From Minisyncoccota bacterium (GTDB taxonomy: Bacteria; Patescibacteriota; Minisyncoccia; Phycocordibacterales; UBA6065): 64,000 nt of DNA. This document shows positions 1 to 8,976 of this stretch, piece by piece; position 1 is the stretch's first letter, and every line of letters begins with the position of its first letter. The DNA lies in the NCBI GenBank assembly GCA_036400935.1, contig DASWWW010000005.1, positions 21,068 through 85,067 on the forward strand, read 5' to 3'. The notes below the pieces were generated by a model that was given only the letters and a program-made list of their open reading frames with translations, had not been told where the DNA came from and made no database searches. Position numbers and translations under genes: made by a program.

Positions 1-156
1 CGACGCTTAGTCGAGCGGCGCTTTGGAAAACAAGCATTTTTAATCAAGAAAATGAAATCGATCTTTCAAAAGGTCCTCACCGACCAGTCGCTTCGCAACC
101 GAGCGGCTGTAGAGGGCATCGCTCACGACGAGGCAGTCCTCGAGCCTTGGTCATAA
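1..156 (+). CDS. 3' end of an upstream CDS truncated by the window edge (product unknown)
   Basis: Frame 1 is open from base 1 to a TAA at 154-156, ending ...KMKSIFQKVLTDQSLRNRAAVEGIAHDEAVLEPWS. It lies directly upstream of a histidine kinase, so a cognate regulator is possible but I see no recognisable motif. Confidence 0.3.
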   Translation, partial: RRLVERRFGKQAFLIKKMKSIFQKVLTDQSLRNRAAVEGIAHDEAVLEPWS

Positions 157-198
157 GCACCAACTCGATCGCGCCACGCGTGATAGCATAACGACAAA

Positions 199-1725
199 AT
201 GGATACAAAGCCCCAAAGTAAGCCTCCCGCATATTTTCAGCCCGCTGCACTTGCAAGGTCGGGTATCCATTTTGTCTATGCGAAGCTTGTCCGGCCGAAG
301 GCCGAGACCGAGGACGGCAGGCGGCGCGAGCATATCCTCAACATTATCCTCGTCGGCTTCCTTGCCCTGCTCTCCTTCTTCGAAGTCATACTCCTGCACG
401 GCATATATTCGGCCGGCTCGTCGTTCCGGGGCCAATCGTTCTTGACCTTCAATGCGATAGTAGGCCTCTTCGTCGGGCTGCTCGTGCTCTCGCGCAAGGG
501 CTATGTCAGGGCAGCCGCCTACACGCTCATCGCCCTCTTCATCCTCGCGGCATCCTTGGGCGCCTATCAATGGGGCATCAACCTGCCCTCGAGCATCCTC
601 ATGTACGTGTTCGCCATAGTGAGCGCGGGCATCCTGGTAAGCAACAGGTTTGCCATCATAACCGCGGCGTTGGCGAGCGTCATCGTGACGGCGCTTCCCA
701 TCCTCCATTCGTCGGAACTGATCCAGATCGACCGCGAGTGGGTCAAGACGCCTCCCCAGATCGCCGATGCCATAAAGGACGTCGTGTTCTTCTTCGCATT
801 CGTGCTCATCGCATGGCTCTCGAACAGGGACACCGAACGCTCCCTCATCCGCGCGCGAAAATCCGAGGCCGAGCTCAAGGAGGAGCGAGACTCGCTCGAG
901 ATCAAGGTGCAGAAGAGGACCGCGGAAATCCAGAGACTCCAGGCCGAGAAGATATCGCACATGTACCGCTTCGTGGAGTTCGGCAGGCTTTCGGCAGGCC
1001 TCTTCCACGACCTGATCAATCCCCTGCACTCCCTCGCCCTGAACATGCAATCGATCGACACGTCCAAGAAGATATCGTCAGAGAATCTCGGTGAGATCAA
1101 GGACGAGATAGACCGCTCGATAGACGCGTCGAGGCGGATGGAGCGGTACATAGTGGTGCTGCGCAAGCACCTGCAGACCGCGGACCACAAGGAGGTATTC
1201 GTGATAAACGACAACATAGAGGACGCGCTCACCATCTTCAACCACAAGGCGCTCAAGGCCGGCGTCGAGCTGCGCTTCTTCGCGAGCGACAAAATCGCCG
1301 TCGAGAACAATCCCCTCAAGCTCCAGCAGGTCATTGGCAACCTCATATCGAACGCGATCGATTCGTACGCGACATGCGATAAGCGGGACAAGACAGTGGA
1401 GATCCGGCTCGCCCACGCCAAGAATCAGGCCGTCATATCAGTAAAGGATAACGGCTGCGGCATACCGAAGCAGCTTCTCGACAAGATCTTTGACCCATTC
1501 TTCACCACCAAGGCGGCGAACAAGGGCATGGGCATAGGCCTTTCGACTACCAAGGACATCGTAGAGAAATATTTTAACGGCACCATATCCATACAGGGCG
1601 CGGAGGGCAAGGGCTCGACCTTCACGGTCTCCTTCCCGCTCAAATCACATCATGAAAACGGAGACAGCGGCGATCGACAAGGCGCTAGCGGGCATAACCA
1701 GGTTCATCCGAAAAAGCCAGTCTGA
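199..1725 (+). CDS. membrane sensor histidine kinase
   Basis: The N-terminal half is multi-TM. There is a coiled-coil linker, an H-box region (FVEFGRLSAGLFHDLINPLHSL) and an HATPase_c domain (NLISNAIDSY...DNGCGIP...DPFFTTK...GMGIGL...GSTFTVSFPL). Confidence 0.8.
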   Translation: MDTKPQSKPPAYFQPAALARSGIHFVYAKLVRPKAETEDGRRREHILNIILVGFLALLSFFEVILLHGIYSAGSSFRGQSFLTFNAIVGLFVGLLVLSRKGYVRAAAYTLIALFILAASLGAYQWGINLPSSILMYVFAIVSAGILVSNRFAIITAALASVIVTALPILHSSELIQIDREWVKTPPQIADAIKDVVFFFAFVLIAWLSNRDTERSLIRARKSEAELKEERDSLEIKVQKRTAEIQRLQAEKISHMYRFVEFGRLSAGLFHDLINPLHSLALNMQSIDTSKKISSENLGEIKDEIDRSIDASRRMERYIVVLRKHLQTADHKEVFVINDNIEDALTIFNHKALKAGVELRFFASDKIAVENNPLKLQQVIGNLISNAIDSYATCDKRDKTVEIRLAHAKNQAVISVKDNGCGIPKQLLDKIFDPFFTTKAANKGMGIGLSTTKDIVEKYFNGTISIQGAEGKGSTFTVSFPLKSHHENGDSGDRQGASGHNQVHPKKPV

Positions 1726-3535
1726 AGACGGCAGCTTTTCGAGCGACTCGGGCAACAAGAATTTTACGACGGCACTCATCCTTCTCTGCCTCAAGGGGAT
1801 TGAATCGGGCGATATAGCCAAAGGCGGGACAGACTACCTGCTCTCCCAGCGCAGCGCCAACTGGTCCTGGAACTACTGGCATCGCGGATCGCACCAGGCC
1901 TCTGCCATGCCCTATCCCGACGATCTCGACGATACGTGCTGCGCCATGGCAGCCATCTCCCTATTCCGTCCCGAGGCGCTTTCAGGCGGCGCCCTGGCCT
2001 CGCTCGCAAAGCTCTTCGAGGTGGCCGAGCATGCGGTCGGCGGACCCTACAACACATGGCTCATACCGACAAAGCCGGGACCGGACAGCCCCTGGCGCGA
2101 CGCAGACCCTGCGGTGAACGCCAATATCGCCTTTTTCCTCGGCCTCAGCGATGTCGAGCTGCCCGCCGTCATGGAATATATCGAGGACACGATTATCGGC
2201 GGCCGATACATCTCGAAATACTACCCGCCACTCGCCGTCATGCATTTCGCGGCAAAATCGTACCGCGGGAAGCTTCATGGCAAGCTCAAAAGTGACATCC
2301 TATCCCAGAAAAAATCGTCAGGCTGGCAGCATCCTCTGGCCGCGGCCCTCGCCATGTCATCGCTCCTGCGCCTCGGAGCGCCGTCGTCCAAGGTCAGGAA
2401 GGAGGCGATCGCCCTCATGAGGCTCGCCGACACGCATCAATGGGAATCGCACGGTATGTACGCCGAGGATCCGGCAACGGGGCGCGAATCAAGCGGCTCT
2501 CCCGCCCTGACGGCCGCATGCGCAGCCGAGGCCCTCGCCCTATACAAAGAGGCGCTAGTCCGGGAAGCTCAGGAGCCCCTGCGCGAGCAAAAGGAGAAGA
2601 TGGCAAAGGCCGTCGAGGCGCGAGTGCGGAGCCGGTTCGCCAAGTCATCGCCCCATGCCAAGGCGGGCATCGAGAAAATCCTGCGCAAGATCCAAAAGCG
2701 CGACGCCCACGAGCAGGTGCTGCTCTTGCCGTATAACTTCGCCCGCTCGCTTCACCCGTCGTCCGCCGCAAAGGTACCGGAACGCGTACTCGTCGAACTC
2801 GGCGCCGCGAACGCGTTCGGATGGATCGCGTACACCATATTCGACGATATCCTCGACAATGAGGGCATGCCGGAGCTGCTGCCTCTGGCGAGCGTGTGCC
2901 TGCGCGAAGTCGTCGAGATATATCTCGAGCATATGCCGCAAGAGGAGCAGCCCCTCTTCCGGGAGATAATGGACGGCATCGATCAGGCGAACGAATGGGA
3001 GCGCGTAAACTGCTACCGCGTGCCGATAAGCCCAAACGACCTCCCTTCGTACAAAAACTATGCCGCTCTTGCCGAGAAATCCCTTGGCCACGCCCTCGGC
3101 CCGCTCGCCGTGCTGTTCAGGCTCGGATACGCCAGCGACTCGTCCGACGGAACGGCCCTGCTCGCCTTTTTCCGGCACTATCTCATAGCGCGGCAGCTCA
3201 ACGACGACGCGCACGACTGGCTCTCGGACCTCAAGAGAGGCTTCCTCAACAGCGTGAGCGTCAATGTCCTGGCCGAGTGGAAGAAAGCGCACGACCGCGA
3301 GTTCTCGCTCGAGACAGAAGAGAAAAGCCTCCAGACAATATTCAACGAGAGCGTCATACTGAAAGCGATCGACGCCATCGACTCGCACTGCAAGAAGGCC
3401 CGTACAGCCGTAGGCAAGGTAAAAATCCTGGCTGAAAGCGACTATCTGATTGCCCTAGTCGCGTCGCTCGAAAAGGCATCTGCTCTCGCACGCAGGGAGC
3501 GCGATCTGGCTATCGAATTTTTGAAAAGCTACTGA
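1652..3535 (+). CDS. two-domain terpenoid cyclase/prenyltransferase-repeat-like protein (N-terminal alpha-alpha-toroid repeat domain, C-terminal DDxxD domain)
   Basis: 627 aa. N-terminus has a QW/prenyltransferase-type repeat (RFIRKSQSEDGSFSS) and DDLDDTCCAMAAISL, which resembles the class II DxDDT(A) motif. C-terminus has YTIFDDILDNEG (DDxxD) and LNDDAHDWLSD. It overlaps the histidine kinase 3' end by 74 nt. Confidence 0.5.
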   Translation: MKTETAAIDKALAGITRFIRKSQSEDGSFSSDSGNKNFTTALILLCLKGIESGDIAKGGTDYLLSQRSANWSWNYWHRGSHQASAMPYPDDLDDTCCAMAAISLFRPEALSGGALASLAKLFEVAEHAVGGPYNTWLIPTKPGPDSPWRDADPAVNANIAFFLGLSDVELPAVMEYIEDTIIGGRYISKYYPPLAVMHFAAKSYRGKLHGKLKSDILSQKKSSGWQHPLAAALAMSSLLRLGAPSSKVRKEAIALMRLADTHQWESHGMYAEDPATGRESSGSPALTAACAAEALALYKEALVREAQEPLREQKEKMAKAVEARVRSRFAKSSPHAKAGIEKILRKIQKRDAHEQVLLLPYNFARSLHPSSAAKVPERVLVELGAANAFGWIAYTIFDDILDNEGMPELLPLASVCLREVVEIYLEHMPQEEQPLFREIMDGIDQANEWERVNCYRVPISPNDLPSYKNYAALAEKSLGHALGPLAVLFRLGYASDSSDGTALLAFFRHYLIARQLNDDAHDWLSDLKRGFLNSVSVNVLAEWKKAHDREFSLETEEKSLQTIFNESVILKAIDAIDSHCKKARTAVGKVKILAESDYLIALVASLEKASALARRERDLAIEFLKSY

Positions 3536-4695
3536 GCGCCTCCCTTTCCCTTCTCCTTCCGCTTGAGGTATTTCTTGCCCTTCAATTTATCCGGCAGAAG
3601 GCTTTCGGTATCGTACATCTCATAGCCCTTCTTGTAGCCGAGATTCTTCATGAGCTTCGTCGGAGCATTTCGGATCTTGAGAGGGATCGGCAAATTGCCC
3701 GTCTTGCGGACGTCGGAGAGCGCTTCGAAATAGGCGTCGTATGCGGAGCGATCCTTGGCCGCCTGCGACAGGTACGCCACGGCGTGAGCGAGATTGATCG
3801 CAGCCTCGGGGAGGCCGATAACCTCGACCGCATTGAAGGCGGCGTTCGCCACGACGAGAGCCGTCGGCTGAGCGAGGCCAATATCCTCGGACGCGAATAT
3901 GACCATGCGCCGGGCGATGAATTTCGCGTCCTCGCCTCCCTCGATCATGCGCGCCAGATAGTAGAGCGCGGCATCGGCATCGCCAGCCCGCATCGATTTA
4001 ATAAAAGCAGAGATAGTGTCATAGTGCTCCTCGCCCTTCTTGTCGAAGCGGATGAATATCTGCTCGAACGACGATTTGAGATTCTCGAGGGTGACCGATC
4101 CGTACAGTTTTGACGCGTTTTCAAGCGCGGTCAGGGCCATGCGAGCGTCGCCGTTCGCCATATTGGTCAGCCACTCGAGGGCGTCCTTCGAAATCTTGAC
4201 CTTCGAGCGCTTCACGATAGTCTGGATCTCCTTTTCGGTGAGGCTTTTCAGAATGAATACGCGGGTACGCGACAGGAGCGCCGAGATGACCTCGAAGCTC
4301 GGATTCTCGGTCGTCGCGCCGATGAGGGTCAGCCTGCCCGACTCGACGAACGGCAAGAGAAAATCCTGCTGCGCCTTGTTGAAGCGGTGGATCTCGTCGA
4401 GAAAGAGGAGCTTCGGCCTCTGATCAAGCATGGATGAATCGTCCATAATGCGGCGAATATCCTCCTTGCCCGCAGAGACGGCAGAGAGCTCGTAGAAGCG
4501 GGCGCCGAGGGCGTTCGCGTATATGCGCGCCAGAGTCGTCTTGCCCACGCCTGGCGGGCCCCACAGTATGAACGAGAAAAGGTGCCCATCGTCGATGGCG
4601 ACGCGCAAAGGCTTTCCGGGACCGACCAAGTGCTCTTGGCCGATGAAATCCTTGAGGCTTTCCGGCCTCAGTCTGGACGCGAGCGGTTCTGACAT
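3529..4695 (-). CDS. rarA: replication-associated recombination protein A (AAA+ ATPase RarA/MgsA)
   Basis: Walker A is ILWGPPGVGKTTLAR. There is an AAA lid and a MgsA C-terminal domain. 388 aa. Confidence 0.85.
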   Translation of the reverse strand: MSEPLASRLRPESLKDFIGQEHLVGPGKPLRVAIDDGHLFSFILWGPPGVGKTTLARIYANALGARFYELSAVSAGKEDIRRIMDDSSMLDQRPKLLFLDEIHRFNKAQQDFLLPFVESGRLTLIGATTENPSFEVISALLSRTRVFILKSLTEKEIQTIVKRSKVKISKDALEWLTNMANGDARMALTALENASKLYGSVTLENLKSSFEQIFIRFDKKGEEHYDTISAFIKSMRAGDADAALYYLARMIEGGEDAKFIARRMVIFASEDIGLAQPTALVVANAAFNAVEVIGLPEAAINLAHAVAYLSQAAKDRSAYDAYFEALSDVRKTGNLPIPLKIRNAPTKLMKNLGYKKGYEMYDTESLLPDKLKGKKYLKRKEKGKGGAQ

Positions 4696-4782
4696 ATGAC
4701 AGCAGTATAGTACGTTTGCCGGCGCATAAAAATTCCAATTTCGGCGGTTTCGTGCTATAAAATCAGGGCGTCAAAATGCATT

Positions 4783-4853
4783 GGGCGATTAGTTTAGTGG
4801 TAGAACAAAGGCCTCCAAATCCTTTGGCGGGGGTTCGATTCCCTCATCGCCCG
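4783..4853 (+). tRNA. tRNA-Trp (anticodon CCA)
   Basis: Acceptor GGGCGAT/ATCGCCC. D-arm GTTT-AGTGGTA-GAAC. Anticodon loop CTCCAAA (U33, CCA, A37). T-arm GGGGG-TTCGATT-CCCTC. Confidence 0.8.
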
Positions 4854-5511
4854 CACATTCGTTAAGTTTCATATATTCAGAAGCTACCGATCTTAACTCC
4901 CGCGAAATCGTTACATCGTGATAGCTTACACACGCGCAACCCTGATAGCCTTCTTTCTTATACATCCCTGAAGTTTTCTTGATATAAGACTTAATAAACT
5001 GACTTCTCGGAATACCAGTCACTCCAGACCAAAAACTCAGTTGAGATTCCTCATCATGATAGGTATGAAGATGGATTTGCATACGGAACTTGTCTTCGTC
5101 AAGATCGAAAGAACGTCGCAATAGTGCCAAAAACAGCTTCATGAGGCCGGGATCAGAATTCATGAAATCGACCCCTCTGAACGGGGATTTCCTCCCTTCG
5201 CAAAAATAAAGCAGTGAACATATTAGGAGGGACAACTCATTGGCTTTCGGAATCCGCTTAAGCATCATCCGCGATCTTTTTAAAGAGGCCACTTCTTTTG
5301 CCACCCTTCGTTCTCTATTCGCTTTTTGAGAATAGAGTTGCCCAACCTTAATTTTAGTGAGTAATCTTTCTTCAGACTCCTTTGAAAGCGGCACATTCCT
5401 GACCCACTCAGAAGCGGAACTCTTAGCCACGCCCAATTCGCCGACTATCTCATTCAGGGAATAGCCCTTCCTCCTAAGCTCAATCGCCTTTAATTTCAAC
5501 TCTTTCTTCAT
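4789..5511 (-). CDS. hypothetical HTH-domain protein in a low-GC islet; 3' end reads through tRNA-Trp on the opposite strand
   Basis: N-terminal HTH (LRRKGYSLNEIVGELGVAKSSASEWVRN). Composition is visibly AT-rich relative to the flanks. The ORF has no stop until inside the tRNA. Confidence 0.4.
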   Translation of the reverse strand: MKKELKLKAIELRRKGYSLNEIVGELGVAKSSASEWVRNVPLSKESEERLLTKIKVGQLYSQKANRERRVAKEVASLKRSRMMLKRIPKANELSLLICSLLYFCEGRKSPFRGVDFMNSDPGLMKLFLALLRRSFDLDEDKFRMQIHLHTYHDEESQLSFWSGVTGIPRSQFIKSYIKKTSGMYKKEGYQGCACVSYHDVTISRELRSVASEYMKLNECAGDEGIEPPPKDLEAFVLPLN

Positions 5512-5568
5512 ATGACAAGACTAGCATTCAGGGGATAAAGAAAAGATAAAATATGCTAAAATCCGCCC

Positions 5569-7323
5569 ATGAATAAGGACCAGAATTTCCTCAAAAGCCC
5601 CCTTCGCACTTTCCTGTACGCAATTCATGAATACCGCGGAAGGATCCTGCTCATGTACGTGCTGATCGTCATCGGCAACGCGACGTCCTACGCGGTCCCC
5701 TATTTCGTAAGCAAGATCGTCGACAGCCTCGTGGAAGGCTCGACTTTTGCCGACTTCACGCTGCCGCTCTCGCTTATCGTCGCCGCGACCGTCATATCGG
5801 AAGGAGCATTCAGGACCGGCCACTGGATCGAGATCGGAACAGCTATCGGCTCGTACCGACGCATCACCACCCGGCTCTACGAGACCGTGCTCGAGAGGCC
5901 GCTCGCCTATTTCGAAGATCGGATGTCGGGCGAGATCAGCCGCAGGCTCGAGCAAATCGTGAGCGCCATCATGGGCTTCATCGAAATGCTGCCATGGGAA
6001 ATCGGCTGGACCGTCGTCGGATTCGTCACGGGCATTTTCCTCCTCGGCTCGGCGAGCTGGTGGCTCGTGCTCATATTCGCGATATGGCTCGTGACATTCG
6101 GCACGACCTCCTATTTCCTCCTGCGCATGCAGGCAAAAGCCACAGAGAAGGTGTCTGAAAAGACCGCCGATCTCGCTGGAAACGTGGTCGACGCCCTCGC
6201 CAACGTATCGCTCGTTCACGCATTCGCGGCGCACGGCCGAGAATACGGCTACCTGAGCGGGCACCTCAAGGAGACGCTCATCGCGGACAGGCATTCGCGC
6301 AACATCCTCTTTATAAACAAGATCCAGCAGGGCTGGGGCGTCGTCATCCTCACCATCGCGCTCATCTCTGCCGGAATATACCTCTTTACCCTCGGCAAGA
6401 TCACCGTAGGAGGCTTCGTCATCATCGCCTCCGTCATCCCGACCATTACGAGCATCATCTGGTCTATCGGCGAGATAATGATGAGGGCGGTCAAAAGCTA
6501 CAGCGAGCTCAAGAACGCCGTAGAGGCGCTCCGAACGGACATGATGCCTATCAAGGAAGGCAGCGAGACCCTGTCCGACATCAAGCCTTCGATTGAATTC
6601 AAGGACGTATCGTTCGCATACGGCCCCGATAAGGAAAGCGTGCTCAAGGATTTCAATCTCGTGATCCGACCCGGAGAGCGCGTCGGCCTCGTCGGCAAAT
6701 CGGGCGCCGGTAAGAGCACCCTGGTAAAGCTCATATTGCGGGCATACGATCCGTCGACTGGCATTATCAAAATTGGCGACCGCGACGTATCAGCCGTTAC
6801 CGTTGCGTCCGTTCGGGCGGGCATCTCGTTCGTGCCTCAGGATACCGCCCTCTTCAATCGCTCCCTTTTCGACAATATCCTCTATGCAAAGCCGGATGCC
6901 ACCAAAGAGCAGGTCATCGAAGCGTCGAAGCATGCCCACGCGCACGACTTCATCGAGAAATTCCCTAACGGGTACGATACGCTCGTGGGCGAGCGCGGCG
7001 TGAAGCTCTCGGGAGGCCAGCGGCAGCGTATCGCGCTCGCCCGAGCAATGCTGCGCAACTCGCCGATACTCGTCCTCGACGAGGCGACGAGCTCGCTCGA
7101 CAGCGAGAGCGAGGAGATCGTGCAAACAGGGCTTCAGACCCTATTCAAAGACAGGACAGTGCTCGCCATCGCCCATCGCCTCTCTACCCTGCGCCTCATG
7201 GACCGCATCATCGTCATGGAGCATGGCCGCATAGCCGAGGACGGATCGCCTGCCGAGCTGCTCGCAAAGGAGGAGGGCGCATTCAAGAACATGTGGGAGA
7301 GGCAGAAGAATGGTTTCGTATAA
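5569..7323 (+). CDS. ABC transporter permease/ATP-binding fusion protein (MsbA-like type I exporter)
   Basis: Six-TM N-terminal domain. Walker A GKSGAGKST, signature LSGGQRQRIALARA, Walker B ILVLDEATS. Confidence 0.85.
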   Translation: MNKDQNFLKSPLRTFLYAIHEYRGRILLMYVLIVIGNATSYAVPYFVSKIVDSLVEGSTFADFTLPLSLIVAATVISEGAFRTGHWIEIGTAIGSYRRITTRLYETVLERPLAYFEDRMSGEISRRLEQIVSAIMGFIEMLPWEIGWTVVGFVTGIFLLGSASWWLVLIFAIWLVTFGTTSYFLLRMQAKATEKVSEKTADLAGNVVDALANVSLVHAFAAHGREYGYLSGHLKETLIADRHSRNILFINKIQQGWGVVILTIALISAGIYLFTLGKITVGGFVIIASVIPTITSIIWSIGEIMMRAVKSYSELKNAVEALRTDMMPIKEGSETLSDIKPSIEFKDVSFAYGPDKESVLKDFNLVIRPGERVGLVGKSGAGKSTLVKLILRAYDPSTGIIKIGDRDVSAVTVASVRAGISFVPQDTALFNRSLFDNILYAKPDATKEQVIEASKHAHAHDFIEKFPNGYDTLVGERGVKLSGGQRQRIALARAMLRNSPILVLDEATSSLDSESEEIVQTGLQTLFKDRTVLAIAHRLSTLRLMDRIIVMEHGRIAEDGSPAELLAKEEGAFKNMWERQKNGFV

Positions 7324-7327
7324 TCGC

Positions 7328-7918
7328 ATGACAGAAAACGAACTGAAAGCAGCCCAGCAGTACGAAGCGACGGTCATCGCGCCAGCGGCAAAGTCATCGC
7401 CGCAATTCCTCCTCTGCCCTGTCGGTCTGGTCGGAGCCGGCAAGACAACAGTTATCAAGCCTCTAGCCGAGCGCCTCTCGCTCGTCCGCATATCGGGAGA
7501 CGAGATCCGCATGTTCCTGAAGGAAAACGGATGCGGATACGAGAACATGCTCCCGATCGCGGCCATGGTCGCCAAGAAATATCTCGCGCAAGGACACGGC
7601 ATCGCCATCGACAGCGATTGCGCGGGCAACACCGGCCAGAAGCTGATAGCGGACGTCCAAGCAAAGATGGGCCTCAAGGCTGTATGGATTCACATTAATC
7701 CGCCCGAGAGCTTCATCATAAGCAAGCTCCGAAATTTCAAGCACACCTGGCTCTTCAAGGATGGCGAAGAGGCGGTCGAGAATTATATACGACGCAAGCC
7801 GCTCCACACGAACCTGACGATGCCTTTCGTGTATACGTTCGACACGTCGCGGGACGACATTGGAAAGCAGATCGATAAGGCGGAAAAGATAATCAGACAA
7901 GAAATAAAGCCGATCTAG
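7328..7918 (+). CDS. P-loop NTPase/kinase-like protein (AAA_33/zeta-toxin-like fold)
   Basis: Walker A is GLVGAGKTTV. About 200 aa. The ORF-track start at 7310 overlaps the ABC gene, so I chose a later Met. Confidence 0.5.
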   Translation: MTENELKAAQQYEATVIAPAAKSSPQFLLCPVGLVGAGKTTVIKPLAERLSLVRISGDEIRMFLKENGCGYENMLPIAAMVAKKYLAQGHGIAIDSDCAGNTGQKLIADVQAKMGLKAVWIHINPPESFIISKLRNFKHTWLFKDGEEAVENYIRRKPLHTNLTMPFVYTFDTSRDDIGKQIDKAEKIIRQEIKPI

Positions 7919-7982
7919 AATAAGTCACAGCAATATCCATAAATAAAAAAGGCTGACCTGAATAGGTCAGCCTTCACGCTTA

Positions 7983-8549
7983 TCACAAGAAATAATGCTT
8001 GTGACCTTGCGGGTAGAGATAGTAGAAACTCTCGCTTCTCGCCCCGCCGATATTGCCGGCAAAGACAGTTACCGTCTCGTCCTCGGTCTGCTCCACCTTG
8101 TAGACATGATTCTTTGCATGCCATGGCCCATAAGCCACAGTCGCAGTACGGGCCATTAGGGCTTTCGCATGCGGCGTGAGTCCCGGATTGGACGTTACGA
8201 ACTTTCGTAGGAACTCTTCTTCAAGCGCGATCTGCATTTCATGCTCCTTCATGAGCACGTCAAAATACTTTCGCGGGTTGCGCTCCACGACAAGGCGATC
8301 GAAGGGGTTTTCAGATGTCGTAATCCGGTAGACAGAGCCTCCGTGAGCGAGATTCCGCCCCAGCCTCATTCTTTCCATGGCATCCAAAATGTCTACGAAA
8401 GCCTGCAGACGCGTATCGTTGAAGAAACTAGCCTTTTGCCACTGCCGAAGCGCAGAAATGATGCTTTGCGCCGAGGCGCCAGCTTCCATGATCCCGCGGC
8501 GCCGACCAAAGGCAATGATTTGGTCACGGTTAGTGAATTGAGATATCAT
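7983..8549 (-). CDS. hypothetical protein
   Basis: 188-aa ORF with a plausible terminator context. No recognisable motif. Confidence 0.4.
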   Translation of the reverse strand: MISQFTNRDQIIAFGRRRGIMEAGASAQSIISALRQWQKASFFNDTRLQAFVDILDAMERMRLGRNLAHGGSVYRITTSENPFDRLVVERNPRKYFDVLMKEHEMQIALEEEFLRKFVTSNPGLTPHAKALMARTATVAYGPWHAKNHVYKVEQTEDETVTVFAGNIGGARSESFYYLYPQGHKHYFL

Positions 8550-8561
8550 CTTATTTAATTT

Positions 8562-8625
8562 GGGTTGAGTGTGAAAGAGAACGCATAGAACCGGCGGCCT
8601 ACAAGCTTTCTTTCACATTCAACCC
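8562..8625. promoter_or_regulatory. 17-bp imperfect inverted repeat (gggttgagtgtgaaaga ... tctttcacattcaaccc) just upstream of the 7983..8549 gene start
   Basis: Arms at 8562-8578 and 8609-8625 with one mismatch and a 30-nt spacer. Candidate operator. Confidence 0.3.
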
Positions 8626-8689
8626 TCAAAGAGCCCTGTCGAAAACTATACATATATTATGACAAAAGTCAATAGCTACTCCGCGAGAC

Positions 8690-8714
8690 AAAAACCGCCT
8701 TTCGGCGGTTTTTG
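8690..8714. terminator. bidirectional intrinsic terminator (ccgcc-tttc-ggcgg with flanking A- and T-runs)
   Basis: aaaaccgcctttcggcggtttttg, placed downstream of rpmG on the minus strand. Confidence 0.55.
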
Positions 8715-8721
8715 CTTTGAA

Positions 8722-8877
8722 TTATTTCTTTGATTCCTTGAACACGACGCGCTTGCGGAGCTTCTTGTCGTATTTCTTGAGCTCGAGCTTTCGCTCTACC
8801 TTTCGCTTGTTCTTGCGAGTGTGGTAGACCTCTCCGGTGGTCTTGTTCCTAAGGATTACGAGTTGGATCTGTGACAT
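8722..8877 (-). CDS. rpmG: 50S ribosomal protein L33 (C-minus form, no zinc-binding cysteines)
   Basis: 51 aa: MSQIQLVILRNKTTGEVYHTRKNKRKVERKLELKKYDKKLRKRVVFKESKK. It matches the L33 signature (YxTxKNKR...LELKKYDP..RKHV.FKE). It is absent from the ORF track because it is under 60 aa. Confidence 0.7.
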   Translation of the reverse strand: MSQIQLVILRNKTTGEVYHTRKNKRKVERKLELKKYDKKLRKRVVFKESKK

Positions 8878-8976
8878 AACTTTGATGCAAAATGTTGTAG
8901 AAGGATAGTATCACAAAGGGATTAAAACCGCAAATTTGAGCCTTAAATATGGCCTCCCACGGGCCCAAATCAGCCT

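Noticed and set aside
151-1421. Long ORFs in the ORF track antisense or out of frame to the histidine kinase (151..1050 -, 567..1421 -, 570..1094 +, 1078..1416 -).
   Set aside because: They fully overlap a well-supported kinase CDS and have no motifs. This is typical of high-GC antisense ORFs.
4789-5511. The tRNA-adjacent HTH protein as an integrase or transposase.
   Set aside because: At 240 aa it shows no tyrosine- or serine-recombinase catalytic motifs and no DDE signature. Only an HTH is recognisable, so it is left as hypothetical.
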